A DNA stretch of 63,911 nt from Hyphomicrobiales bacterium (GCA_017640685.1 JAEPQF010000002.1:1-63911); one strand, 5' to 3'; shown: positions 29,560-38,851, counted from the stretch's first letter. A program made the numbers and translations. Notes: generated from the letters alone by a model not told the origin.

Positions 29560-30120
29560 ATGAATCAAAAAGAAGAACAAATCTTAAGCGCGGCAACAGG
29601 GCTTTTCCTACGCTATGGTTTTCGCCGCACAACAATGGGGGAAGTCGCCACAGAGGCTAAAATCTCGAGGCAAACCCTTTATGAAGTCTATGCCAATAAA
29701 GAAAAGTTACTCGGAGGGGTTATTGAGTTATATTATGAAAAGCTATTCGAGACTTTAAAAATTGAATGGGAACAAAGCGAAGACCTCTCAGCCAAGCTTG
29801 ATGTGTTTTTTCAAAATGCAGTGATTGAAGCCTATCGCCTCATTCAACAATGGCCTGATGCTGAAGACATAATTTCAGAAGAGAATGTACATGCTCAAAA
29901 TGCCTATGAAGCGGGCCTTGATCAACTGACAAACTTAATGGAAAAAATCTTAACCCCTTACAAAAAACAGGTGAAACAGTCAGGGCAAACAATTCCCCAA
30001 TATGCGAATTTTATTACACTCACCTCAATGAAGTTGAAAAAAAATCTGAACAGCGAAGAAGAGTTAGTGCTTTTATTAAAGTCACTAAAAATCTCTATAT
30101 TAGCAGTCTTGGAAAAATAA
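29560..30120 (+). CDS. TetR/AcrR family transcriptional regulator
   Basis: ILSAA..LF..YGF..TTMGEVA.EA.ISRQTLY..Y.NKE.L HTH. Confidence 0.92.
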   Translation: MNQKEEQILSAATGLFLRYGFRRTTMGEVATEAKISRQTLYEVYANKEKLLGGVIELYYEKLFETLKIEWEQSEDLSAKLDVFFQNAVIEAYRLIQQWPDAEDIISEENVHAQNAYEAGLDQLTNLMEKILTPYKKQVKQSGQTIPQYANFITLTSMKLKKNLNSEEELVLLLKSLKISILAVLEK

Positions 30121-30257
30121 TTGTTGCACTTAAAAGTAACAGAACATTTTCAAACAAAAAGGCTGTAAAAATTGTATCACTTCATCTCCTCTATTTTAAA
30201 AATTTAGCGTTCTGAATTTATTCAAAATTCTCAAAATTTCGGCACAAGAAAAATCCG

Positions 30258-30274
30258 TGCCCATTTTCAAGGCA
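30258..30274 (+). promoter_or_regulatory. Possible NtrC-type enhancer site
   Basis: TGCCC-N7-AGGCA, resembling TGCAC-N7-GTGCA, ~90-105 bp upstream of the sigma54 promoter. Confidence 0.35.
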
Positions 30275-30362
30275 TATAAAACAAGCACACCCGCACTTTC
30301 AAGGGTTAGACAAAACAATGCAATAGATTGTTTTTATTGTAAAAAATAAGATAATCGCAAAA

Positions 30363-30378
30363 TGGCACACCCTTTGCT
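30363..30378 (+). promoter_or_regulatory. Sigma54 (RpoN) -24/-12 promoter
   Basis: TGGCAC-ACCCT-TTGCT, exact TGGCAC-N5-TTGCW consensus, 134 bp upstream of the next ATG. Confidence 0.82.
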
Positions 30379-30511
30379 TTTTAAGTTGTAAAATTAAAAA
30401 TGCATCAAACATGCATCAAAGAATTTCAACCATTCTTTTTTAGCTGCTTGATGCAACCAATGAATAAGCAACTTCCAAAGCTGCAAAGGAAGTCTTATCA
30501 GAGGGGGTCAT

Positions 30512-32530
30512 ATGTTGCCGACAAATCAGCTAAACACTGATTGTACAAACACGTCTAGTGATCAGAAAAGTCCGGGTTGTGATGAAAATCCGGTCATTGT
30601 TATCGGCGGTGGTCCTGCTGGCATAAGAGCAGCTGAATGTTTATCCGCTAAAAATATTCCGGTAATCATATTCAATGCCGAACGGTGGCAGCCTTATAAC
30701 AGAGTGAAGCTAACCCCACTGCTTTCCGGCGATGTACAAGTTGGCCAAGTTTATCTTGAGCCAAACTTACCCAAAGATGCAAAAGTAAAGCAATATACTT
30801 CACATCCAATCGTTAGTATTGACACTGAAAACAAAGAGGTCATCGGACAATTTGAACGCCGCTTTCCCTACAGCAAGCTCATAATTGCAACCGGATCTCG
30901 CGCCCACATTCCAGCAATTCCTGGCATTGAACTGGATGATGTTTTTAAATTTCGTAATTTTGATGATGTTGAAAAACTCGTTGCAAGAAGCATCTCAGCA
31001 AGGCGATGTGTCGTCATAGGCGGCGGCCTTCTTGGCCTAGAAGCCGCACGCGGTATGGCCAACCGTAAAATTGAAACCATCGTTGTTGAACACGAAACAA
31101 GATTAATGGCCCGTCAATTAGACGACGGTGCCGGTGCTCTCCTGGCCTCTCAAATTGAAGCTCTAGGGCTCACAGTCAAAACAGGTCTATCAGTTAAAAA
31201 AATCAACGGAACAGACAGAGTAGAAAGCATTACACTTTCAAATGGCGAAGAAATTGAGTGTGATACATTGATTGTTTGCACAGGCATCAGAGCCAATATG
31301 GAAATTGCGCGAGACGCTGGCCTTGCCGTTGGCCGCGCAATCTCAGTTGATCAATATCTTCAAACATCTGATCCAGACATTTATGCAATTGGTGAATGCG
31401 CTGAATATAAAGGCCACGTTTATGGACTTGTCGGCCCAGGGCTAGAGCAAGCCGCGATCACTGCTAATAATATCAGTGGAGAAACAGAGAGTTACTCAGG
31501 GTCTCTGCCAACAACAAAATTAAAAGTAGTCGGCTCAGATGTTTTTTCTATGGGCGATGTTGAGCAATTAGCAGAGCGAATTGATATAGACACCATCACT
31601 TATGAGAATAAAGACAAATCCATTTATCGCCGTTTAATTCTTCAAAAAAATCGCCTTGTTGGTGCAATGGCCATTGGCGAGTGGCCTGAAATCAATGTCC
31701 TTCAAAATGCAATTGTTCAACGTAAATTCATCTGGCCATGGCAAAAACTGAGCTTCCAAAAATCTGGCTTTCTCTTTTCACAAAAAAAACCTCAAAGCGT
31801 AACAGAGTGGCCAGCCGCTGCCACAGTTTGCAATTGCACCGGCGTCACGAGAGGGCAAATTGGTGAGGCAATGTCACAGGGCTGTGTCACCTTTGAAAGC
31901 TTAAAGAAAGAAACAAGTTGCTCAACCGTTTGCGGTAGTTGCAAACCATTGATCCATGAACTACTAGCTGGCAAACCAAAATATGAACCTATAGAATGGT
32001 TAAAACCCGTGCTTTTAGGTTCCACACTTGCTCTAATCGCAGCACTCATAACACTCCTTGCTCCAGGCCTTCCCTCAAGAGATAGCATCATACCCGACTT
32101 CACTATCGATATGATCTGGACAGACAGCTATTACAAACAAGTCAGCGGCTTTACTCTCCTAGGTTTGTCGGTGATTGCTGCCATACTTTCTTTGCGAAAA
32201 AACATTAAGTTTCTCTCCTTCGGAGCCTATTCAGGTTGGCGCGCCTTTCACATCCTCATCGGACTGTTAGCTGCAATCATTTTATTTCTCCATACAGGCT
32301 TCCACTTAGGAGACAATTTAAATTTCTGGTTGATGATCAGCTTTCTTGCCCTCGGGCTAACAGGAGCGCTGACAGGCCTCTTAAAAGCTGGAGAACATCG
32401 CCTCCTTAAAAAAGGAATGAAACTAAATAATGAGGCTCCCGCTCGAATAACCTTCTGGCTTCACATCATCACCTTTTGGCCACTACCCGTATTGTTGGCT
32501 CTTCATATTCTAACTGTATATTTTTATTAA
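30512..32530 (+). CDS. NirB-like FAD/NAD(P)H oxidoreductase with BFD-like [2Fe-2S] domain fused to a C-terminal multi-TM domain
   Basis: GGGPAG, PYNR..L, ATGS, IGGGLLGLEAA, YAIGEC, TKLKV; CNC...CGSC cluster; ~5 TM helices with His (AFHIL, FLHTG, WLHII, ALHIL); no siroheme/4Fe-4S domain. Confidence 0.82.
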   Translation: MLPTNQLNTDCTNTSSDQKSPGCDENPVIVIGGGPAGIRAAECLSAKNIPVIIFNAERWQPYNRVKLTPLLSGDVQVGQVYLEPNLPKDAKVKQYTSHPIVSIDTENKEVIGQFERRFPYSKLIIATGSRAHIPAIPGIELDDVFKFRNFDDVEKLVARSISARRCVVIGGGLLGLEAARGMANRKIETIVVEHETRLMARQLDDGAGALLASQIEALGLTVKTGLSVKKINGTDRVESITLSNGEEIECDTLIVCTGIRANMEIARDAGLAVGRAISVDQYLQTSDPDIYAIGECAEYKGHVYGLVGPGLEQAAITANNISGETESYSGSLPTTKLKVVGSDVFSMGDVEQLAERIDIDTITYENKDKSIYRRLILQKNRLVGAMAIGEWPEINVLQNAIVQRKFIWPWQKLSFQKSGFLFSQKKPQSVTEWPAAATVCNCTGVTRGQIGEAMSQGCVTFESLKKETSCSTVCGSCKPLIHELLAGKPKYEPIEWLKPVLLGSTLALIAALITLLAPGLPSRDSIIPDFTIDMIWTDSYYKQVSGFTLLGLSVIAAILSLRKNIKFLSFGAYSGWRAFHILIGLLAAIILFLHTGFHLGDNLNFWLMISFLALGLTGALTGLLKAGEHRLLKKGMKLNNEAPARITFWLHIITFWPLPVLLALHILTVYFY

Positions 32531-32544
32531 GGGAGCCAAAGAGG

Positions 32545-33984
32545 ATGTCTAAAAATATTCTATTCTGGTTAATTTGGCTCATAGGTACAGTTTCTGTCGG
32601 TGGATATCTTGCAGCTGCAATGTTTTACGGCGGAGATCGCTCAAACCTTCTCATAGGTAAAACAACAAGTGGCCATCATCAAATTGAACTCTCTTGCAAC
32701 ACCTGCCATGGCAACGGCTTTACCGATGCAGACACCATCCAAAAAGCGTGCCTAAGTTGTCATGAAAACGAACTCAAAGTTGCCAAAGACAGTCACCCAA
32801 TAAAAAAATTCAGAGACCCAAGAAACGCAGCCCGTCTCGAACAACTCAACGCACAAAAATGCGTGACCTGTCACACAGAACATAAACCAGAACTCGTTAG
32901 TTCAATGGGCATGGGCGTTACCCTCCCAAAAGATTTTTGCTTCAAATGCCACGCAGACGTCGGTAAAGACCGTCCTCACACCCATAAAGATTTAAATTTC
33001 GAAGGGTGCGCAAGTTCTGGTTGCCATAACTATCATGACAATCGTGCCCTTTATGAACGGTTCTTGGAGAAGCACGCCAAAGAACCTGAAATGAAATTAA
33101 CTCAGCTTATAAATAACTTAAATTATGAAAAGCTTAGCGAAGAATATGGTGGGCTAAAGCGCAGCGATCCTTTAAAACCAACAGAGGCAAACGCTCCCAA
33201 AGAGCACATCAATCAAAAATTATTAGACACTTGGCATCAAGATGCTCACGCCCAAAACGGTGTTAATTGCTCAGCGTGCCATCAACCCAATAAAGACAAA
33301 CAAGCTTGGATTAAAAAGCCAGGGATTGCTGTTTGTGCAAGTTGCCATAAAGAAGAAAACAAAAGCTTCCTTGCTGGCAAACATGGCATGCGTTTAGCGC
33401 CAGATATGCTTCAATCAAAAGCAGACCCATTTAACCTGCCATTTAAAATATTTAAAGAAAACAAACTCTCCCCTATGCGGCCAAAATTGGCACGTTTGCC
33501 CATGAAGCAATCAGCACATGGAACAGAACTAACCTGTAATACATGCCATTCAGTTGGGAAAGAAAACCACAAATTCAACGTTCAAAAAGCAAAAGTTCAA
33601 GCTTGTCTTTCTTGCCATGACGACGAACACAGCAAAGCTTATCTAACCTCACCTCATCACGAGCTATGGCAGAAAGAGATAAAAGGTGAATTACCAAAAG
33701 GCTCTGGCGTAACCTGCGCCACCTGCCACATGCCGCGCATAGCTGTTGAAGATGAGTATGAGAATGAAGTTTTCATCATCACTCATAATCAAAATGACAA
33801 TTTAAAACCAAACGAAAAGATGATCCGTTCCGTTTGTTCAGCTTGTCATGGTCTGCGCTTCAGCATCGATTCTCTCGCAGATCCAAATTTAATTAAGAAG
33901 AATTTCCATGGTCGATCAACCTTCAAAATAGAAAGCATTGATTGGGTTCTGAAACGATCATCGAAACCGGAGGAAACCAAATGA
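32545..33984 (+). CDS. Membrane-anchored multiheme cytochrome c (10 CxxCH + 1 CX4CH)
   Basis: CNTCH, CLSCH, CVTCH, CFKCH, CASSGCH, CSACH, CASCH, CNTCH, CLSCH, CATCH, CSACH; N-terminal TM; ATG 32545 preferred. Confidence 0.88.
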   Translation: MSKNILFWLIWLIGTVSVGGYLAAAMFYGGDRSNLLIGKTTSGHHQIELSCNTCHGNGFTDADTIQKACLSCHENELKVAKDSHPIKKFRDPRNAARLEQLNAQKCVTCHTEHKPELVSSMGMGVTLPKDFCFKCHADVGKDRPHTHKDLNFEGCASSGCHNYHDNRALYERFLEKHAKEPEMKLTQLINNLNYEKLSEEYGGLKRSDPLKPTEANAPKEHINQKLLDTWHQDAHAQNGVNCSACHQPNKDKQAWIKKPGIAVCASCHKEENKSFLAGKHGMRLAPDMLQSKADPFNLPFKIFKENKLSPMRPKLARLPMKQSAHGTELTCNTCHSVGKENHKFNVQKAKVQACLSCHDDEHSKAYLTSPHHELWQKEIKGELPKGSGVTCATCHMPRIAVEDEYENEVFIITHNQNDNLKPNEKMIRSVCSACHGLRFSIDSLADPNLIKKNFHGRSTFKIESIDWVLKRSSKPEETK

Positions 33985-34049
33985 TTTCCCCCTCCCCTAA
34001 GACGACTAAAAATACAACTGCTGTTTTAAAAACATTAAAGGAGATTTAC

Positions 34050-34637
34050 ATGTTTAACTTTAAAACATCACTGAAGAAGAGCACTCTATCAATCACTGTT
34101 GGCAGCCTCATATTTGGCATGTCAATGTCAGCACCAGCAACAGCGAAAACTTTTGAGCCGCAACAAGTCACAGACATGCTGCACCTGGTCCTTGAGTCAG
34201 ACAGAACCATCTATACTAAAAAAGTGGTAAAGCGCCTCGCTAACAAACACAAAGTTATCAAAGCCACCGAATCTTTTGAGGATGATAAATCATTACCTCT
34301 ACCGGCCCAGATGTTTCGTTTCGGCGCCGAAGCCGTGGCAGATAAAACGGATAAATTCTCTTATTCACTTCTCTCACTATGGCCTATTAACAAACAAAAC
34401 AAACCAACAACGGAACTAGAGAAAAAAGGTCTTGAATATATCAATGTCAATAAAGGCAAAAATTATTACGGTGAAGAAACACTGGGCGGTAAAAAATATT
34501 TCACAGCAGTCTACCCAGATGTGGCCGTTGCAACACCTTGCGTTGGTTGCCACAACAATCATAAAGACACGCCTAAAAAAGACTTCAAGATGGGTGATGT
34601 CATGGGCGGCGTTGTCATCCGCATTCCACTTCAATAA
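34050..34637 (+). CDS. Exported DUF3365/Tll0287-like monoheme c protein
   Basis: Signal peptide (..APATA), PLPAQM, PIN..N.P, C-terminal CVGCH, GDVMGG; ATG 34050 after AAGGAG. Confidence 0.75.
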   Translation: MFNFKTSLKKSTLSITVGSLIFGMSMSAPATAKTFEPQQVTDMLHLVLESDRTIYTKKVVKRLANKHKVIKATESFEDDKSLPLPAQMFRFGAEAVADKTDKFSYSLLSLWPINKQNKPTTELEKKGLEYINVNKGKNYYGEETLGGKKYFTAVYPDVAVATPCVGCHNNHKDTPKKDFKMGDVMGGVVIRIPLQ

Positions 34638-34655
34638 TTGAACAGAAACTTTCGC

Positions 34656-34696
34656 GTCTCTCTTAACCCAACACATGGGGATGGGTTGAGAGAGAC
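34656..34696 (+). other. Intercistronic stem-loop (possible mRNA stability element)
   Basis: GTCTCTCTTAACCCA/TGGGTTGAGAGAGAC 15-bp stem (one G-U), no U-tract, just upstream of the globin RBS. Confidence 0.55.
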
Positions 34697-34725
34697 ACAT
34701 CAACACTAAACAAAGGAACAAAACA

Positions 34726-35178
34726 ATGACACCAGAACAAGTAGAGCTGGTTCAATCTTCATTTAAAAAAGTAGAACCCATCGCTTCAACTGCAGGTGAT
34801 TTATTTTATGGCCGCCTATTCGAAATCGCCCCAGAAGTTAGGCCCATGTTTGCAGATAATATTGAAGAGCAACGCGACAAGCTCATGTCAATGCTGGCAA
34901 CTGCAGTGACTAACCTTCATCAAATTGAACAAATCATCGAGCCGGTAAAAACTCTAGGCGCAAAGCATGTCGATTATGGGGTGAAAGACGAACACTACGA
35001 TAAAGTCGGTGAGGCATTAATCTGGACACTTCAAGAAGGCTTAAAAGATGACTTCACACCAGAAGTAAAAGATGCATGGGTTGCAACTTACGGTACATTA
35101 GCAACTGTTATGAAAGATGCAGCTGCAGAAGCTTCAAAATCTAAAAAAGGGTTTTTAGGAAGATTATTCGGCACATAA
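34726..35178 (+). CDS. Single-domain globin (flavohemoglobin/Vgb-like)
   Basis: LVQSSF, FYGRLFEIAPEVRPMF, Q(E7), LGAKHVDYGV...HY..VGEAL, AW...Y. Confidence 0.92.
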   Translation: MTPEQVELVQSSFKKVEPIASTAGDLFYGRLFEIAPEVRPMFADNIEEQRDKLMSMLATAVTNLHQIEQIIEPVKTLGAKHVDYGVKDEHYDKVGEALIWTLQEGLKDDFTPEVKDAWVATYGTLATVMKDAAAEASKSKKGFLGRLFGT

Positions 35179-35230
35179 TTTTTATCAATTAGCATCCCCC
35201 ATGCTATATAGTAGCGCGTATAAAAACTAC

Positions 35231-35259
35231 AGACCTCATAATTTATGAGGTCTTTTTTT
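35231..35259 (+). terminator. Intrinsic terminator after the globin gene
   Basis: AGACCTCATA/TATGAGGTCT stem followed by T-tract. Confidence 0.8.
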
Positions 35260-35376
35260 CACCCTAATAATACTAACAATAAACAATCCCTCGCAAAAAT
35301 TTGATTGTAGCCAATCAAAATCATCCATTAGCATGAAAAGAAAAATCAAAACAAATTTCTGATGCGTGAGGGTGCA

Positions 35377-37668
35377 ATGAAATTCTTCTTTCAAATTTTT
35401 CTATGTTGTTTTTTTATTGTTTTTAGTCATTCAATGACTAAAGCTGAAAAGTCTGATGAAAAACAACAAACATCAGAAAAGCGCAAACCCAATCATTTAA
35501 TAGGCGCGCAATCACCTTACCTTCTTCAGCATCTTTATAACGCAGTTGATTGGCACCCATGGGGAGAGCAAGCTTTAAAAAAAGCAAAGAAAGAAAACAA
35601 ACTAATTTTTATCTCTGTTGGCTATTCAACCTGTCATTGGTGCCATGTCATGGCGAGAGAAAGTTTTGAAAATACCGAAATCGGAAAATACTTAAACGAA
35701 CATTTCATCTCAATAAAAATAGACAGAGAACAAAGGCCAGACCTTGATAACCAATTCATGCTCGTCACCGAAGCAATGACTGGGACAGGCGGATGGCCAA
35801 ACTCTGTTTTTTTAACAGCCAATGCCAAACCTTTTCACGCCTCAACATATCTCCCACCAGACCAATTGATGAATACCCTCAAACAAATTGTCAAACTCTG
35901 GCAAACAGAACAAGCAACACTCCTCGAACAGAGTGAGCAAGTCGCAAATGGCATTAATCGTTATTTGAACAGAACCGAAGCGGCAAGAAACATTACCCCA
36001 GAAGTCATAGTAGAAGCTCTGCAAATGGTCACCAAAAACAAAGATGACTTCAACGGTGGTTTTGGAGTTGCCCCGAAGTTCCCTCAAGAGGGAGCTCTTT
36101 CATTCTTGCTGGATCAAGCTACTCGTGGTGATAAAAACTCCTTAGACATCGCTATGGCCGCATTGGACGGCATGATAAAGGGCGGCATTCATGATCATGT
36201 CGGCGGAGGGTTTCATCGTTATAGTGTAGATGAAAGTTGGCTCGTCCCCCATTTTGAAAAAATGCTCTACAATCAAGCCCTCATTGGAAAATTGCTTGTA
36301 AGAGCATATGCCTTAACCGGCAAAGAAAGATACAAACAAACCGCCGCTCGATTGTTTGATTATGTCTTGAGAGATATGCAAGATAAAAATGGTGGTTTCT
36401 ATTCTGCTGAAGATGCTGAATCTTATAATGAGGAAGGAAAGAAAAAAGAAGGCGCATTTTTCATTTGGTCTCAAGAAGATATGACGAAAGCTCAAATTGA
36501 TAACAATTCTGTCCTATATAAGACATTCCCCTTAACAGAGAACGGCAACTTTGAGGGTAAGAACGTTCTTCACATGCAAGATCTACCAAATGATATCGCC
36601 AAATCTTTAAGGTTAAGCCTGACTGAATATTATAAGAAATTAAACAGCGGTCTGGATAAATTAAAACAAGCACGAGATAAAAGAAAACATCCCCACAAAG
36701 ACATCAAAATCATCGTCTCTTGGAATGCAATCATGATAGAAGCACTAGCTGAAGCTTCTTATATCTTGGAGCGAAAAGATTATTACAAAGCAGCCCGAAA
36801 AGCCGCGAACTATATCAAGCAAAACATGATGAAGAAAGATGACCTTTATCGAGTTAGCTTTAATGGCAATATCGGCATCAAAGCACAATTAGGAGATTAT
36901 GCTGGCTTTGGTCTCGCACTCCTCGCACTCGAAACTTACGCGCCAAATGACAAAACAGACAAATCAAATATTAAAATCGCAAAACAAATCGCTGATGAAC
37001 TTCAACAACGGTTCGGCAAACCATGGTCCAATGAAACAGCCCCTCTCCGTATAACTGAAATTGAAGATGGTCTTGGTGCTTACCCACCCCTTGATGACAA
37101 CCCTATTCCTTCAGGCAATGCTCTCGCACTAAAATTACTAAATGCTTTAGCTCAAATGAACGGCAAACCAATGAGGCAAAAACAGAGCTTAGCTCTAGCT
37201 TCAACACTTTCTGGCCACGCATTAAGCAACCCCCAGATGAGAGGTGTGTTAGTCAACGCTGTCAATTCAACAAATAATGGAAATACTGGTTTTGTTAGAA
37301 ACACAGCCAAAGGAAATGTAAAAGTTGCTCTTAAATTAAACAGGGCAACAAACCAAGCCTCACTTAAAATCAATATCAAACCAGGCTGGCATATTAATTC
37401 AAACAAACCTTTAGAAAACTATCTCATTCCAACCGAAATAAAACTTTATGATAATAATCTCACCCAAGAATATTACCCAAAAGCCCAAGTGAAGGCACTT
37501 GCCTTTAACAAGGAAAAACTCTCACTCTATGAAGGAAAGTTAAATATAAATATCACCTTACCAAAAACTAAAAAAAGCACCTCACATAAACTCACTTTGA
37601 ACCTTCAAGCCTGCAGCAATAAAATCTGTTTACAACCTGAAAATCTTGAGTTTCATTTTTGGCAATAG
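35377..37668 (+). CDS. YyaL/SPATA20-like thioredoxin-domain protein with signal peptide and C-terminal DsbD-N-like domain
   Basis: [34 protein letters not shown]; tail GWHINS...QACSNKIC..P. Confidence 0.87.
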   Translation: MKFFFQIFLCCFFIVFSHSMTKAEKSDEKQQTSEKRKPNHLIGAQSPYLLQHLYNAVDWHPWGEQALKKAKKENKLIFISVGYSTCHWCHVMARESFENTEIGKYLNEHFISIKIDREQRPDLDNQFMLVTEAMTGTGGWPNSVFLTANAKPFHASTYLPPDQLMNTLKQIVKLWQTEQATLLEQSEQVANGINRYLNRTEAARNITPEVIVEALQMVTKNKDDFNGGFGVAPKFPQEGALSFLLDQATRGDKNSLDIAMAALDGMIKGGIHDHVGGGFHRYSVDESWLVPHFEKMLYNQALIGKLLVRAYALTGKERYKQTAARLFDYVLRDMQDKNGGFYSAEDAESYNEEGKKKEGAFFIWSQEDMTKAQIDNNSVLYKTFPLTENGNFEGKNVLHMQDLPNDIAKSLRLSLTEYYKKLNSGLDKLKQARDKRKHPHKDIKIIVSWNAIMIEALAEASYILERKDYYKAARKAANYIKQNMMKKDDLYRVSFNGNIGIKAQLGDYAGFGLALLALETYAPNDKTDKSNIKIAKQIADELQQRFGKPWSNETAPLRITEIEDGLGAYPPLDDNPIPSGNALALKLLNALAQMNGKPMRQKQSLALASTLSGHALSNPQMRGVLVNAVNSTNNGNTGFVRNTAKGNVKVALKLNRATNQASLKINIKPGWHINSNKPLENYLIPTEIKLYDNNLTQEYYPKAQVKALAFNKEKLSLYEGKLNINITLPKTKKSTSHKLTLNLQACSNKICLQPENLEFHFWQ

Positions 37669-37901
37669 AGGGGGGATACAATAAAAGCAGTTATATTTGA
37701 CGAGCCACTTAATAAACAAACCAAGCGACTAAACTTATGATTTAACCGAGAAAATTCGTCAAAACAAGAACATTCCAGCACCATATCATTAAGAATAATT
37801 CATGTTAGCCCATTAAAGCCAAACATTCATTTTCCATTCATGGGCCCAGCCATAGTTTTTCCCTACACGCAATACAAAGGACTAAATCAGGGACTGAAAC
37901 T

Positions 37902-38804
37902 ATGGACAAACTATCAAAAATCTTAAAAGCACAAATCACACTTTTTGTGATTTGCTTTGCAACATCTCTCACAAACATCACACCAGCCCAAGCTGCTTGC
38001 GGCGGTTATAATCAAAAAGCCTGCCCCATTTTTAAAAAGGGTAGTGTGTGCCGAAGCTGGCTCACAAATGTAAGAGGCATCTGCCGCCCTTGTGGGGGCC
38101 AAAATCAAAGAGCATGCCCCATCACAAAAAAAGGCAAAGCTTGTAAAAGAGGCCTGAAATGGAAACTCGGCAAATGCATCAAGCCCAAACAATCTGTAAA
38201 AAAGAAATTACTAAGAGACGCAAAAATTCGTGCCCAGCGCTTCAAGCCAATGATCAACACAATTGCAAATACACTTAGAAGAGTGGGTAATAAACAAATG
38301 ATCAGACGATTAAACGCGGCTTTAAAATCAAAAAATCCAGCCAGAATTAGAAACGTCATTCAAGACATGCAAACAAGAGCCGTTCGAGTAGCTTTACAAA
38401 AAGCCGGCTTTAGAACCCTAGCTGTTGGCATCCAATCTTCAGTAGCTGTAGCTGGTGGTTACGGCCGCGAAACAGGCCTTGCGCTTCCTGTAAGCGGTAG
38501 AGGACATGCACCTCTTTATGTTTCAAAAACATATTTTGGCGGTGTCATCCTTGGTGTCGGTAATGATCTTGTAATGTCAGCCTTTACTGACAACCCCAAT
38601 AATGTTGGAGGCGCCCTATACGCTGCGATCGGAAACTTTGATGTTGGCTCTGGTGTAGGTGTTGTTCTCTGGTATGACAAAAGAACACTCCTAATCAAAG
38701 GTGTCTCTGTTGGCATCGGTATCGGAAGTGTTGGTGCTGGCGGCGCGATTGGCCATGGCACAACTTACCTCTGCCCATCAAGAGCATGCAATAAAGTCTT
38801 TTAA
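37902..38804 (+). CDS. Hypothetical secreted protein with two Cys-rich repeats and Gly-rich C-terminal domain
   Basis: Signal peptide (..PAQA), CGGYNQKACP.. and CGGQNQRACP.. repeats, own terminator. Confidence 0.7.
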   Translation: MDKLSKILKAQITLFVICFATSLTNITPAQAACGGYNQKACPIFKKGSVCRSWLTNVRGICRPCGGQNQRACPITKKGKACKRGLKWKLGKCIKPKQSVKKKLLRDAKIRAQRFKPMINTIANTLRRVGNKQMIRRLNAALKSKNPARIRNVIQDMQTRAVRVALQKAGFRTLAVGIQSSVAVAGGYGRETGLALPVSGRGHAPLYVSKTYFGGVILGVGNDLVMSAFTDNPNNVGGALYAAIGNFDVGSGVGVVLWYDKRTLLIKGVSVGIGIGSVGAGGAIGHGTTYLCPSRACNKVF

Positions 38805-38814
38805 TCAATCAAAG

Positions 38815-38851
38815 AAACCCAGCTGAACATAAAAGAGTTCAGCTGGGTTTT
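38815..38851 (+). terminator. Intrinsic terminator
   Basis: AAACCCAGCTGAAC/GTTCAGCTGGGTTT 14-bp stem. Confidence 0.8.

Noticed and set aside
30512-32530. Calling this gene nirB (assimilatory nitrite reductase)
   Set aside because: No siroheme/[4Fe-4S] domain and no nirD; the C-terminus is a membrane domain.
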